Source: Bacteroidota bacterium
GTDB lineage: Bacteria > Bacteroidota > Bacteroidia > Sphingobacteriales > Sphingobacteriaceae
Assembly (NCBI GenBank): GCA_040385565.1
Contig: JAZKHD010000010.1
Coordinates: 33,075-97,074 of the forward strand
Reading direction: 5' to 3'
Length of the DNA stretch: 64,000 nt
Part shown: positions 55,575 through 64,000 of the stretch, one piece after another
How the letters are laid out: each line of letters begins with the position of its first letter
Numbering within the stretch: position 1 is the first letter of the stretch
Notes under the pieces: model-generated
The model's input: only the letters and a program-made list of their open reading frames with translations
Told to the model about the DNA's origin: nothing
Databases searched by the model: none
Made by a program: the position numbers and the translations under genes

Positions 55575-55611
55575 GCTATATCTTTAGCACATTTATTGCG
55601 TTATAGCTGAT

Positions 55612-56214
55612 ATGAAAAGATTAATATTATTCTCCTTTTTGGTTATGGCAATTTCTGGCTGTGGCATTAACAAACAGGCACAGCAAATTAAGGCTCTGGA
55701 AAAATGTACTTATAGAATTGTTTCTGCGGAAGAAATTTTTGTTGGTGGTACTAATGTGAAGCAGCTTTTGCAAAATCAGGAAATCAATTTAGCTACATTG
55801 CCGGGACTGGCATTAAGTGTGCTTAGAAAAGATGTTCCGCTCAGAACAAAGTTGAATCTTGAAATCAAAAATCCTACAGGCGAGTCGGCCGCGATAAACG
55901 AATTCGAATATAAAATTCTGATTAACAATGCTGAATTGGCGCAAGGATTAGTTAGCAATGAGGTGAATGTTGCACCTGGACAATCTGTTGTGGTTCCTGT
56001 GAACATGGATGTAAACCTTTATCCATTCGTTAGTAATAGCAAGGTTATGGGCGAGATCTCCGATTTTATTAGAGGTGGTAAAAACGGTTCTCCTGAAAAA
56101 AAGGGTATTCTGACACTTAAGATCAGGCCAAGTTTTAAAGTAGGGAACACACTTGTGAAATACCCGGGCTTTATCACTATCGACAAAGAAGTAAGCAGCA
56201 AAATCTTATTGTAG
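55612..56214 (+). CDS. lipoprotein, possibly LEA-2 / immunoglobulin-like fold
   Basis: 200-aa ORF with the lipobox MAISGCG. The remainder is beta-rich. The LEA_2 assignment is tentative. Confidence 0.45.
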   Translation: MKRLILFSFLVMAISGCGINKQAQQIKALEKCTYRIVSAEEIFVGGTNVKQLLQNQEINLATLPGLALSVLRKDVPLRTKLNLEIKNPTGESAAINEFEYKILINNAELAQGLVSNEVNVAPGQSVVVPVNMDVNLYPFVSNSKVMGEISDFIRGGKNGSPEKKGILTLKIRPSFKVGNTLVKYPGFITIDKEVSSKILL

Positions 56215-56308
56215 GCTTATATTGCCTTGCATCATTTATATTGAATTTGCTTGTTAATAAACAATGGATTCGTAATTTTTGGTTAATTTAGAAAATTAAG
56301 ACCTGTTT

Positions 56309-58747
56309 ATGAAGATCAAGTTATTCCTGCCTTTTCTTATTCTTATTACCTCTACGCATGTGCTTCATGCACAAAACATGCAGCAACTTAATGCCGCAGA
56401 GATTAAGCAGGGGTTAGAAAGTTTGAATGTTAGCGGCAGCGTTTTATATATAGCTGCACACCCGGACGATGAGAACACCAGATTACTTGCTTTTTTGGCT
56501 AAAGAAAAGAAAGTCAGAACAGGATATCTGTCTATCACCAGGGGCGATGGCGGACAAAATTTGATTGGTAATGAGCAGGCAGAACTGCTGGGTCTTATTA
56601 GAACTCAGGAACTGCTGGCTGCACGAAGAACTGATGGCGCAGAACAGTTCTTTACCCGCGCTAACGATTTTGGATTCTCAAAAAATTCTGAAGAAGCTTT
56701 TAAGATCTGGGACAAGTCTAAAATATTAGGTGACGTTGTGTGGGTAATCCGCAAGTTTCAGCCTGATGTAATCATTACACGTTTTCCAGAAGACTCCAGG
56801 GCTGGACACGGCCATCATTCTGGATCAGCAATTTTAGCAAGGGAAGCTTTTATCGCTGCCGCGGATCCAAAGCAATTTCCAGAACAGTTAAAGCTCGTAA
56901 AACCATGGAAAGCAAAGCGTATTGTATGGAATACTTTCAATTTTGGAGGAACCAATACTACTTCGGATGAGCAGCTGAAGATGGATGTTGGTTTATATAA
57001 TCCTTTATTAGGTAAAAGTTACGGTGAAATTGCTGCGGAAAGCAGAAGTAATCACAGGAGTCAGGGATTTGGGTCGGCAAGACAACGAGGTTCTGGAATG
57101 GAGTTTTTTACTCCTGTAGCTGGTGATAAAGCCTCAAATGATTTGTTTGATGGTCTAGACTTTACGCTCGGCCGAACAAATGGAAGTGCTCCAATACAGC
57201 AATTACTGAACGAAATAAACAATGAATATCAAGTCTCAAATCCTTCTAAATCAATTGAGAAGCTGCTCAAATTAAAAAAATTGACCGAAGGGCGGTCTTT
57301 TAAGAACGATTTATTGGATAACCTTATACTGGCATGTGGAGGTATTTGGCTTGAGGCCACATCTCTTTCTCCTTCGTATGCGCAAAATGAACCTGTAAAT
57401 TTGCGCCTTCAGGCTATTTCAAGGGTCAGCCCAGCGTTCAGCCTGCCAATTTCTGTCCAGGAAGTGGAATCTAATATAGCCTTTGACCTTAAGCCAAATC
57501 AATTCGTAGCTAAAGATGCCCAACTGAAGGGAACACATCTTCTTTCACAGCCTTATTGGCTGGAGAGACCTCACGGCATTGGTAGCTATGTAGTAGATTC
57601 TGCCGGTAAAATTGGTCTTGCTGAAAATCCATATGGCGTTTCAGTTCTTTTTAAAATAAAAATAGGCGATCAGCTGATTGTAAAGCGTATGCCTGTTGTC
57701 TATAAGTTTACTGATCAGGTAAAAGGAGAACTCTATCAGCCGTTGGTAATTGCGCCGCCTGTTACTGCAACATTAACCGAAAAAGCTTTTCTATTCAATG
57801 GAAATGAAACTAAAAGTGTTATTATTAACCTGAAAAGTTTTAAGGATGCCGCTAAAGGAACTCTATCACTTAACCTTCCCCAGGGATGGAGGGTAAAGCC
57901 ACAAACTATCGATTTCAATCTGGCTAGGAAAGGAGATGAGCAATTGGCTACGTTTGTAGTAACTCCAGATGGGGCCATCACATCGGGGAAACTAATGGTA
58001 GATGTAAATATTGATGGTCACGCAGATCATTACGGGTTAAGAGTAGTTGATTACGATCACATACCCACACAAACCCTTTTTCCATTAGCAGAGGCTAAAC
58101 TTGAAAAACTAGATTTGAAAATTGCCGGAAAACGTATTGGCTATCTTGCTGGCGCTGGTGATTTGATACCTGAATCGCTTAAGCAAATCGGTTATGAAGT
58201 TTTAAACCTAAGTGAAAATCAGGTTATAAACTCTGATTTATCTCAGTATGATGCCATTGTAACGGGGGTGCGACTTTATAATGTAAGTGAGCAAATTAAA
58301 ATAATGCAGCCAAAGCTGATTAGTTATGTAGAAAAGGGTGGTGTGCTATTGGTACAATATAACGTGAACTCTCCTCTAAAAATCAGCAATTTAGGTCCAT
58401 ATCCTTTCAGCATAGGGCGCGACAGGGTTACCGAGGAGGATGCAAAGGTTACAATACTTGCACCTGAGAATGCTGCACTTAATTATCCGAATAAAATTAC
58501 CGTAAAGGATTTTGAAGGTTGGATACAGGAAAGGGGATTGTACTTCGTTTCTGGGGTTGACCAGCACTACACGCCACTATTTAGCATGAATGACACTGGT
58601 GAGGGAACGAATAGCGGATCCATATTGGTAACAGATTACGGTAAGGGAAAATATGTGTATACTGGTTTATCGTTTTTTAGGCAACTGCCTGCTGGAGTAC
58701 CCGGTGCTTACCGCTTGTTTGCCAACCTGCTATCCCTAAAAAAATAG
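56309..58747 (+). CDS. large secreted PIG-L/LmbE-family deacetylase
   Basis: 812-aa ORF with a signal peptide. It carries the LmbE zinc motif AAHPDDEN and downstream HGHHSGS, plus about 550 aa of additional C-terminal domains. Confidence 0.7.
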   Translation: MKIKLFLPFLILITSTHVLHAQNMQQLNAAEIKQGLESLNVSGSVLYIAAHPDDENTRLLAFLAKEKKVRTGYLSITRGDGGQNLIGNEQAELLGLIRTQELLAARRTDGAEQFFTRANDFGFSKNSEEAFKIWDKSKILGDVVWVIRKFQPDVIITRFPEDSRAGHGHHSGSAILAREAFIAAADPKQFPEQLKLVKPWKAKRIVWNTFNFGGTNTTSDEQLKMDVGLYNPLLGKSYGEIAAESRSNHRSQGFGSARQRGSGMEFFTPVAGDKASNDLFDGLDFTLGRTNGSAPIQQLLNEINNEYQVSNPSKSIEKLLKLKKLTEGRSFKNDLLDNLILACGGIWLEATSLSPSYAQNEPVNLRLQAISRVSPAFSLPISVQEVESNIAFDLKPNQFVAKDAQLKGTHLLSQPYWLERPHGIGSYVVDSAGKIGLAENPYGVSVLFKIKIGDQLIVKRMPVVYKFTDQVKGELYQPLVIAPPVTATLTEKAFLFNGNETKSVIINLKSFKDAAKGTLSLNLPQGWRVKPQTIDFNLARKGDEQLATFVVTPDGAITSGKLMVDVNIDGHADHYGLRVVDYDHIPTQTLFPLAEAKLEKLDLKIAGKRIGYLAGAGDLIPESLKQIGYEVLNLSENQVINSDLSQYDAIVTGVRLYNVSEQIKIMQPKLISYVEKGGVLLVQYNVNSPLKISNLGPYPFSIGRDRVTEEDAKVTILAPENAALNYPNKITVKDFEGWIQERGLYFVSGVDQHYTPLFSMNDTGEGTNSGSILVTDYGKGKYVYTGLSFFRQLPAGVPGAYRLFANLLSLKK

Positions 58748-58842
58748 ATGGAAGAGCAAGCCTATAAAAATTTTTACCGTTGGCTTGTTGCCTGGCTGGT
58801 TTTTCTGATTGTTGTATTTTATGCTTTTACAAGGTACTTCGA

Positions 58843-60534
58843 ATGAGCAATCTAGACTGGGTCGTTCTTATTGTTACTCTTGTGGTAATTGTGGCTTATG
58901 GCATCTATAAGAGCAGGGGAGCGCAAAATATACAAGGTTATCTGTTAGGTAACCAATCTTTACCATGGTACCATGTTTGTCTTTCTGTAATGGCCACCCA
59001 GGCCAGTGCTATAACATTTTTATCTGCACCTGGATTGGCTTATTCATCAGGAATGAGTTTTGTGCAGTTTTATTTCGGACTGCCATTGGCGATGATTGTG
59101 TTATGCGTAACCTTTGTACCCATTTTCCATCGGTTAAAGGTGTATACTGCTTATGAATACCTGGAGCAGCGGTTTGATCTGAAAACCCGTGCTTTGACTG
59201 CCTTTTTATTTTTAATACAAAGGGGCTTATCGACAGGGATTACAATATATGCACCTTCGATCATTTTGTCCACAATACTAAATATTAATACCACCTATAC
59301 AACACTATTAATTGGTAGCATAGTTGTTTTTTATACAGTTTACGGTGGAACAAAAGCGGTCTCTTATACACAAATGCTGCAGATGAGTATAATTTTCTGT
59401 GGATTGTTTGCTGCTGGTGTTATGGTGGTGCATCTGTTACCAAAAGACATTGGATTTGTGAAGGCTATTAGCATCGCTGGTAAAATGGGGCGCACCAACG
59501 CCATAGATTTTAAACTAGACCTTAATAATCAATATACAGTGTGGACAGGACTAATTGGCGGGTTTTTTCTGCAACTTTCGTATTTCGGCACTGACCAAAG
59601 TCAGGTAGGGCGATATCTTTCCGGAGCTAGTATTAAAGAGAGCAGGATGGGACTTCTCATGAATGGTTTGGTTAAGATACCCATGCAATTTTTGATTTTG
59701 CTGATAGGGGTATTGGTATTTACTTTTTACCAGTACAACAGACCACCAATATTCTTCAACAGTTTTGAATTGAATAAACTGGAAAATAGTAAATATGCAG
59801 CAGAGTTAAATAGCATAAAGACAGCATATAACAGCGCATTTGAAGTGCGTAAATTGGAGATCAATAAAATGAGCGCGGCACTTGATGCAGATGACCAGGC
59901 AGCCATTAATGCACAACGTAAGGTGCTACAACAAGTAGACGAGCAAGATAAACTGATTAGAAAGCAGGTGATAGGGCTGATGGAGAAAAATGACAGCCAG
60001 GCAAATACCAAAGACAACAACTATATTTTTTTGAGTTTTGTTACCGAATACCTCCCCAAAGGTCTGATTGGGCTGTTAGTCGCAATTATATTCCTTGCTT
60101 CGATGGGCTCTACAGCTAGTGCCCTCAATTCTCTAGCTTCAACTACCGTAATAGATATTTATAAAAGACTAATTAAAAAGGACGGGAGCGACAAACAATA
60201 CCTGCTTGCCTCCCGAATGGCGACCGTCTTTTGGGGCCTCATTTGTATTGCAATGGCGCTTTATGCCAGTAAAATAGGTAACTTGCTGGAAGCTGTCAAT
60301 ATTCTTGGCTCGTATATTTATGGAACTATACTTGGTGTATTTTTAGTCGCTTTTTATGTAAAGCAAGTAAATGCTAAATCGGTATTTTTTGCAGCAGTCT
60401 TAACAGAGATCGTGATTGTGGTAATTGGAAAGCTAGAGCTTGTTGCTTACCTGTGGCTGAATGTTATTGGTTGTGTGTTGGTTGTCCTGTTTGGACTCCT
60501 GTTTCAAAAGCTATTTTCGTCCAGGTCGGTTTAA
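58843..60534 (+). CDS. sodium:solute symporter (SSF family)
   Basis: ORF 58780-60534, with an ATG at 58843 (MSNLDWVVLIV). It has about 13 TM helices and an inserted soluble helical segment (residues ~330-400). Confidence 0.8.
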   Translation: MSNLDWVVLIVTLVVIVAYGIYKSRGAQNIQGYLLGNQSLPWYHVCLSVMATQASAITFLSAPGLAYSSGMSFVQFYFGLPLAMIVLCVTFVPIFHRLKVYTAYEYLEQRFDLKTRALTAFLFLIQRGLSTGITIYAPSIILSTILNINTTYTTLLIGSIVVFYTVYGGTKAVSYTQMLQMSIIFCGLFAAGVMVVHLLPKDIGFVKAISIAGKMGRTNAIDFKLDLNNQYTVWTGLIGGFFLQLSYFGTDQSQVGRYLSGASIKESRMGLLMNGLVKIPMQFLILLIGVLVFTFYQYNRPPIFFNSFELNKLENSKYAAELNSIKTAYNSAFEVRKLEINKMSAALDADDQAAINAQRKVLQQVDEQDKLIRKQVIGLMEKNDSQANTKDNNYIFLSFVTEYLPKGLIGLLVAIIFLASMGSTASALNSLASTTVIDIYKRLIKKDGSDKQYLLASRMATVFWGLICIAMALYASKIGNLLEAVNILGSYIYGTILGVFLVAFYVKQVNAKSVFFAAVLTEIVIVVIGKLELVAYLWLNVIGCVLVVLFGLLFQKLFSSRSV

Positions 60535-60639
60535 GAAACTGTTACCTAAGCAAAGGAGAGGTATTATTGAGTACAACCGCTATGCTAAAATATAGCTTAA
60601 CGGTTGTACTGTTCGAATAACAATTGTCTGCAAAGACTA

Positions 60640-61488
60640 TTATTTCTTAGCTTCCGCCAATAGTGCAGTGTTTAACCTTACATATTCCGGATTTTTGATT
60701 TCCGTAGCAATTTTCAAACCTTCAGCCGCTGTTTTTGCAGCACCTGCCTTATCACCCATTTTTAATTGCACACGTCCTTTCCATAGCTTAACCCATGGCG
60801 CCTTTGTATTGTCTACGTCTGCTGCATTCATCCATTCTAAAGCTTTTTTCAAATCTTTATTGTTTTCAAGATAATATTGGGCTGCAGCAAAGTACGGCTT
60901 GTTTTCACCTTTCATAGCTTCATCGATATTTGCCATCACTTTAGCATCAAAATCGGTCAATAATGATAAATTAACCGCAGTATTCTCCCACATTAGCTGG
61001 AGTTTTGCCGTAGTCGGATATACATCTGCAAATTGGATGGTAAAGCTTTCAATTTTTTCTTTGAGCACTATAGGTTTAACAGTTATTCTTAGTACGTCAT
61101 CACTTTCCTTATATTCATAAGCACCCCATTGTTTAGCGCCCTTATTAAAAATTATAATCCACTCATTTTGTCCGGGGATGGTAAATAGACCATAACTGCC
61201 TGCTGCCAACTCCTTGCCTTCAATTTTTATGGCTTCGCTGAAAGTAATCATGGTTGCCGAATTCGCACCGGTACGCCATACTGAACCATATTGTTCAAGG
61301 CCACCAAATATTTTACGGCCCTTTACGTTTGGTCGTGAATAGGTTACTTTAACTTCACCTAAACCAAAAGCCTGTGTGATGGTCTGAGTCGTGCTTGCTT
61401 GAGGCAACTTTAAGTTCTGAGCTTTCAACCCTGAGGTCAAAGTTGCAGCTGTTAACAATAGCAACAGTGTTTTGAATGTAGTTTTCAT
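60640..61488 (-). CDS. DUF2911-domain protein with a C-terminal helical (TPR-like) region
   Basis: ORF 60640-61542, with an ATG at 61488 before a signal peptide. The blocks YSRPNVKGRKIFGGLEQYGSVWRTGANSATMITF and GSYGLFTIP match DUF2911. Confidence 0.65.
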   Translation of the reverse strand: MKTTFKTLLLLLTAATLTSGLKAQNLKLPQASTTQTITQAFGLGEVKVTYSRPNVKGRKIFGGLEQYGSVWRTGANSATMITFSEAIKIEGKELAAGSYGLFTIPGQNEWIIIFNKGAKQWGAYEYKESDDVLRITVKPIVLKEKIESFTIQFADVYPTTAKLQLMWENTAVNLSLLTDFDAKVMANIDEAMKGENKPYFAAAQYYLENNKDLKKALEWMNAADVDNTKAPWVKLWKGRVQLKMGDKAGAAKTAAEGLKIATEIKNPEYVRLNTALLAEAKK

Positions 61489-61558
61489 TAATAATGATTT
61501 TAGTTTTGTTGCGCTAAAATTACGTTTAAAATTAGAAATCATTATCTATTTTAGCCCT

Positions 61559-64000
61559 ATGGTGAATTTTCGCGTTCTATTGTTGGTATTGATCAGTTTG
61601 CTGGTTTCTTGCGTGGCTTCAAAGCGGATCGTTAATCCTCAAATCGAGACAGGAGTTTCCAAATCTCTGGCAGTTTACAGAAAATCATTGATCAGCGATA
61701 TCAATTACCGTTTAACCTTCACTATTCCTGCCGGGAAGAACGAACCCATCCCTGCAACGGAAGTATTAACATTCAACCTCGCCGCTACAAAGTTCCCGCT
61801 TCAAATAGATTTTAAGGAAGTTGGCAGTAAGTTAAAAAGTATTGAAGTGAATGGAAAAGCCGTCCCAGTTTCCCATCAGTTTGAGCATATTCTAGTCGAT
61901 CCAAAGTTCCTTTCTACCGGGAAGAATGAGGTAAAAATAGCGTTTATTGCAGGAGACGGAGCACTGAACAGGAACGCAGATTACTTATATACACTGTTTG
62001 TGCCAGACAGGGCCCGGACTGTATTTCCTTGCTTTGATCAACCCGATTTAAAAGCAACCTATACCCTCAGTCTGGACTTGCCTGCAAAGTGGAGTGCTAT
62101 GGCCAATGCTAATCTAAACGACTCGCTGTCGTCTGCTACACGAAAAGTATATAATTATAAAACATCAGATACATTAAGCACCTATTTGTTTGCATTTGTT
62201 GCCGGAAAATTCAATAGGGCGAAAGGAACAACAGGAAAGTTTCCGACTGACTTTCTTTATAGAGAAACAGACACTGCAAAGATTCTTGGCAGCGTTAAGG
62301 AGGTGTTTAGGCTTCATGATAATGCCTTAAATTATTTGGAAACCTGGACTGGAATTCCTTACCCCTTTCAAAAGTTCGGTTTCGTGGCAATTCCTGACTT
62401 TCAGTTTGGTGGGATGGAGCACGCAGGAAATATTCAATATAAATCTTCAGCCTTGTTTCTAGATGGTGGTGCAACCAAAGATCAATTTAATTCCCGAAGC
62501 AATGTGATCTCACACGAGACGGCACATATGTGGTTTGGGGATCTGGTAACCATGAACTGGTTTACAGATGTATGGATGAAGGAAGTATTTGCGAATTTTA
62601 TGGCCGACAAAAGTACCGAAGCAATTACCGGTAAAGATGTTTTTGATTTAAAGTTTCTTGTTGATCATTTTCCCCTTGCTTATGGTGTAGACCGCACTAC
62701 TGGTGCAAATCCAATCCGTCAGGATTTAGAAAACCTAAAGGATGCGGGTACGATGTATGGGAATATCATTTACCATAAAGCGCCGATTATGATGAGGCAA
62801 CTGGAAAAGTTAATGGGAAAGGATAAATTTCAGGAAGGGGTGAGGGTTTATTTGAATAAGTTTAGAAACTCAAATGCATCATGGCCTGATTTGATTGGAA
62901 TTCTGGATGATTACACTGCCGAAGACCTTCAAAAATGGAATAAGGTATGGGTGAACCAAACAGGCAGACCGGTAATAACCTACAGCATGCATACAGAAAA
63001 TGGGAAGATAACTAAATTCATTATTCATCAAAGGCCTGAATTTGGATCCTCAAGAATTTGGCCCCAGCTGTTTGACATCACGCTATTTTCACTAGATGGG
63101 CAAAAAAACTTAAGCGTTAACCTGAACGCTCGCGAAGTTGAATTGAAATCGGCAATTGGTATGCCAGCTCCCTCATCCTTGTTATTCAATTCTTCTGGAG
63201 AAGGTTATGGAGTGTGGCCTGTTGACTCTGCGCTATTTGCCACACTTTATAGTATTTCGAAACCGCTCAATAGGGCATCAGCTTATATATCTATTTATGA
63301 AAATGCACTTACGGGTAGGTCTGTCAAGCCAATTGAGGCCTTAAAGTTATTTATGAATGGTTTGTCTGTAGAAAAGGAAGAGCTTAATCTCAAATTGCTA
63401 ACCAATTACATTACAAATTTATACTGGGGGTTTCTTGATGTTAAAGTCAGGGAATCTTTCTCGTCTGGTTTGGAAGCTGAACTATGGATTGCGATGGTCA
63501 AATCGGAATTTGCGAACAATAAGAAACTACTTTTTAAGGCATATCAAGACATTTATCAATCCACAGAAGGCCGAAACCGACTGTATGAGATATGGAGTAA
63601 GCAGCTGGCTCCTGCCGGATTGAAATTAACTGAAGATGATTTTACTTCTCTGGCTTTTTCATTAGCCCTTAGGGACGATCAGGATTCCGGGATTCTTAGT
63701 AAGCAATTAAGTCGTATCAGCAACGCCGATCGGAAAGCGCGGTTTGAATTCATTATGCCTGCCTTGTCATCCAATGTTGGGGATCGGGATAAGTTTTTCA
63801 ATAGCCTTGCTTCAAAAAACAATAGACAGAAAGAGGCTAATGTGGCAACAGCACTTACTTATTTGCACCACCCTTTAAGGCAACAAACTTCATTGAAATA
63901 CTTAGCGGAAAGTTTAAGCATGCTCCAGGAAATACAAACAACAGGAGATATTTTCTTTCCCCAGAACTGGCTGCAATCCATTTTTGGTACTTACCAGCAA
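61559..64000 (+). CDS. M1-family aminopeptidase (aminopeptidase N-like), 3'-truncated by the window edge
   Basis: Not in the ORF track because it has no stop inside the window. The ATG at 61559 precedes a lipoprotein-like signal (LLVSCVAS). It carries FGGMEHAGN (GxMEN) and HETAHMWFGDLVTMNWFTDVWMKEVFA (HExxH-x18-E). I checked the frame through the start and motif regions only and assume it stays open to base 64000. Confidence 0.85.
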   Translation, partial: MVNFRVLLLVLISLLVSCVASKRIVNPQIETGVSKSLAVYRKSLISDINYRLTFTIPAGKNEPIPATEVLTFNLAATKFPLQIDFKEVGSKLKSIEVNGKAVPVSHQFEHILVDPKFLSTGKNEVKIAFIAGDGALNRNADYLYTLFVPDRARTVFPCFDQPDLKATYTLSLDLPAKWSAMANANLNDSLSSATRKVYNYKTSDTLSTYLFAFVAGKFNRAKGTTGKFPTDFLYRETDTAKILGSVKEVFRLHDNALNYLETWTGIPYPFQKFGFVAIPDFQFGGMEHAGNIQYKSSALFLDGGATKDQFNSRSNVISHETAHMWFGDLVTMNWFTDVWMKEVFANFMADKSTEAITGKDVFDLKFLVDHFPLAYGVDRTTGANPIRQDLENLKDAGTMYGNIIYHKAPIMMRQLEKLMGKDKFQEGVRVYLNKFRNSNASWPDLIGILDDYTAEDLQKWNKVWVNQTGRPVITYSMHTENGKITKFIIHQRPEFGSSRIWPQLFDITLFSLDGQKNLSVNLNAREVELKSAIGMPAPSSLLFNSSGEGYGVWPVDSALFATLYSISKPLNRASAYISIYENALTGRSVKPIEALKLFMNGLSVEKEELNLKLLTNYITNLYWGFLDVKVRESFSSGLEAELWIAMVKSEFANNKKLLFKAYQDIYQSTEGRNRLYEIWSKQLAPAGLKLTEDDFTSLAFSLALRDDQDSGILSKQLSRISNADRKARFEFIMPALSSNVGDRDKFFNSLASKNNRQKEANVATALTYLHHPLRQQTSLKYLAESLSMLQEIQTTGDIFFPQNWLQSIFGTYQQ

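Overview
The gene content and repeat types suggest a chromosomal segment from a Bacteroidota genome, probably Sphingobacteriaceae-like (Pedobacter or Mucilaginibacter type). This is inference; no rRNA gene is present to confirm it. The window is densely coding, with about 60 CDS, one tRNA-Arg(CCG), one IS3-family insertion sequence, and no CRISPR array.

Recognisable blocks:
- 2.8-5 kb: two sigma-70/ECF-type sigma factors.
- 5.2-9.9 kb: a TonB-dependent receptor with a LytS/LytTR two-component pair.
- 12.4-16.2 kb: a sulfur module of cysteine desulfurase, TauE exporter, MBL-rhodanese and an Lrp regulator.
- 16.5-18.6 kb: a split DsbD.
- 18.7-19.7 kb: Ku plus a small partner gene.
- 21-26.4 kb: secreted hydrolases.
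- 26.5-38.9 kb: a complete single-strand L-rhamnose locus with two GH78 rhamnosidases, a GntR-type regulator, RhaT, an aldolase/dehydrogenase fusion, an isomerase and a kinase.
- 40.6-43.8 kb: housekeeping genes (tRNA-Arg, mgtE, ychF).
- 44.3-48.6 kb: a fucosidase island flanked by two paralogous SRPBCC membrane proteins.
- 48.8-50.9 kb: a PAS histidine kinase.
- 51.3 kb: csp.
- 56.3-60.5 kb: a PIG-L deacetylase with an SSF symporter.
- 3' edge: a partial M1 aminopeptidase.

I found no canonical defence, toxin-antitoxin, CRISPR or prophage system, and no unambiguous novel multi-gene machine.

The most unusual items, all hypotheses:
1. An orphan double-glycine-leader peptide gene with an anionic Cys-free core (10652-10870), near a LytTR regulator.
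2. An ECF sigma factor translationally coupled to a DUF421 membrane protein that carries an extra Cys-rich zinc-ribbon-like tail (2854-4132). A trypsin-fold protein lacking the catalytic His sits next to it.
3. A helically phased 11-bp CTAG-containing tandem repeat (52329-52377) upstream of a sigma-factor paralog.
4. Ku co-transcribed with a His-rich 87-aa protein, with no LigD nearby.
5. A composite REP-like palindrome and direct-repeat element (42341-42457).
6. An IS3 element with an intact A-AAA-AAG frameshift site but a TAG-interrupted orfB.

All functional calls come from motifs read by eye in the supplied translations. No database search was run.
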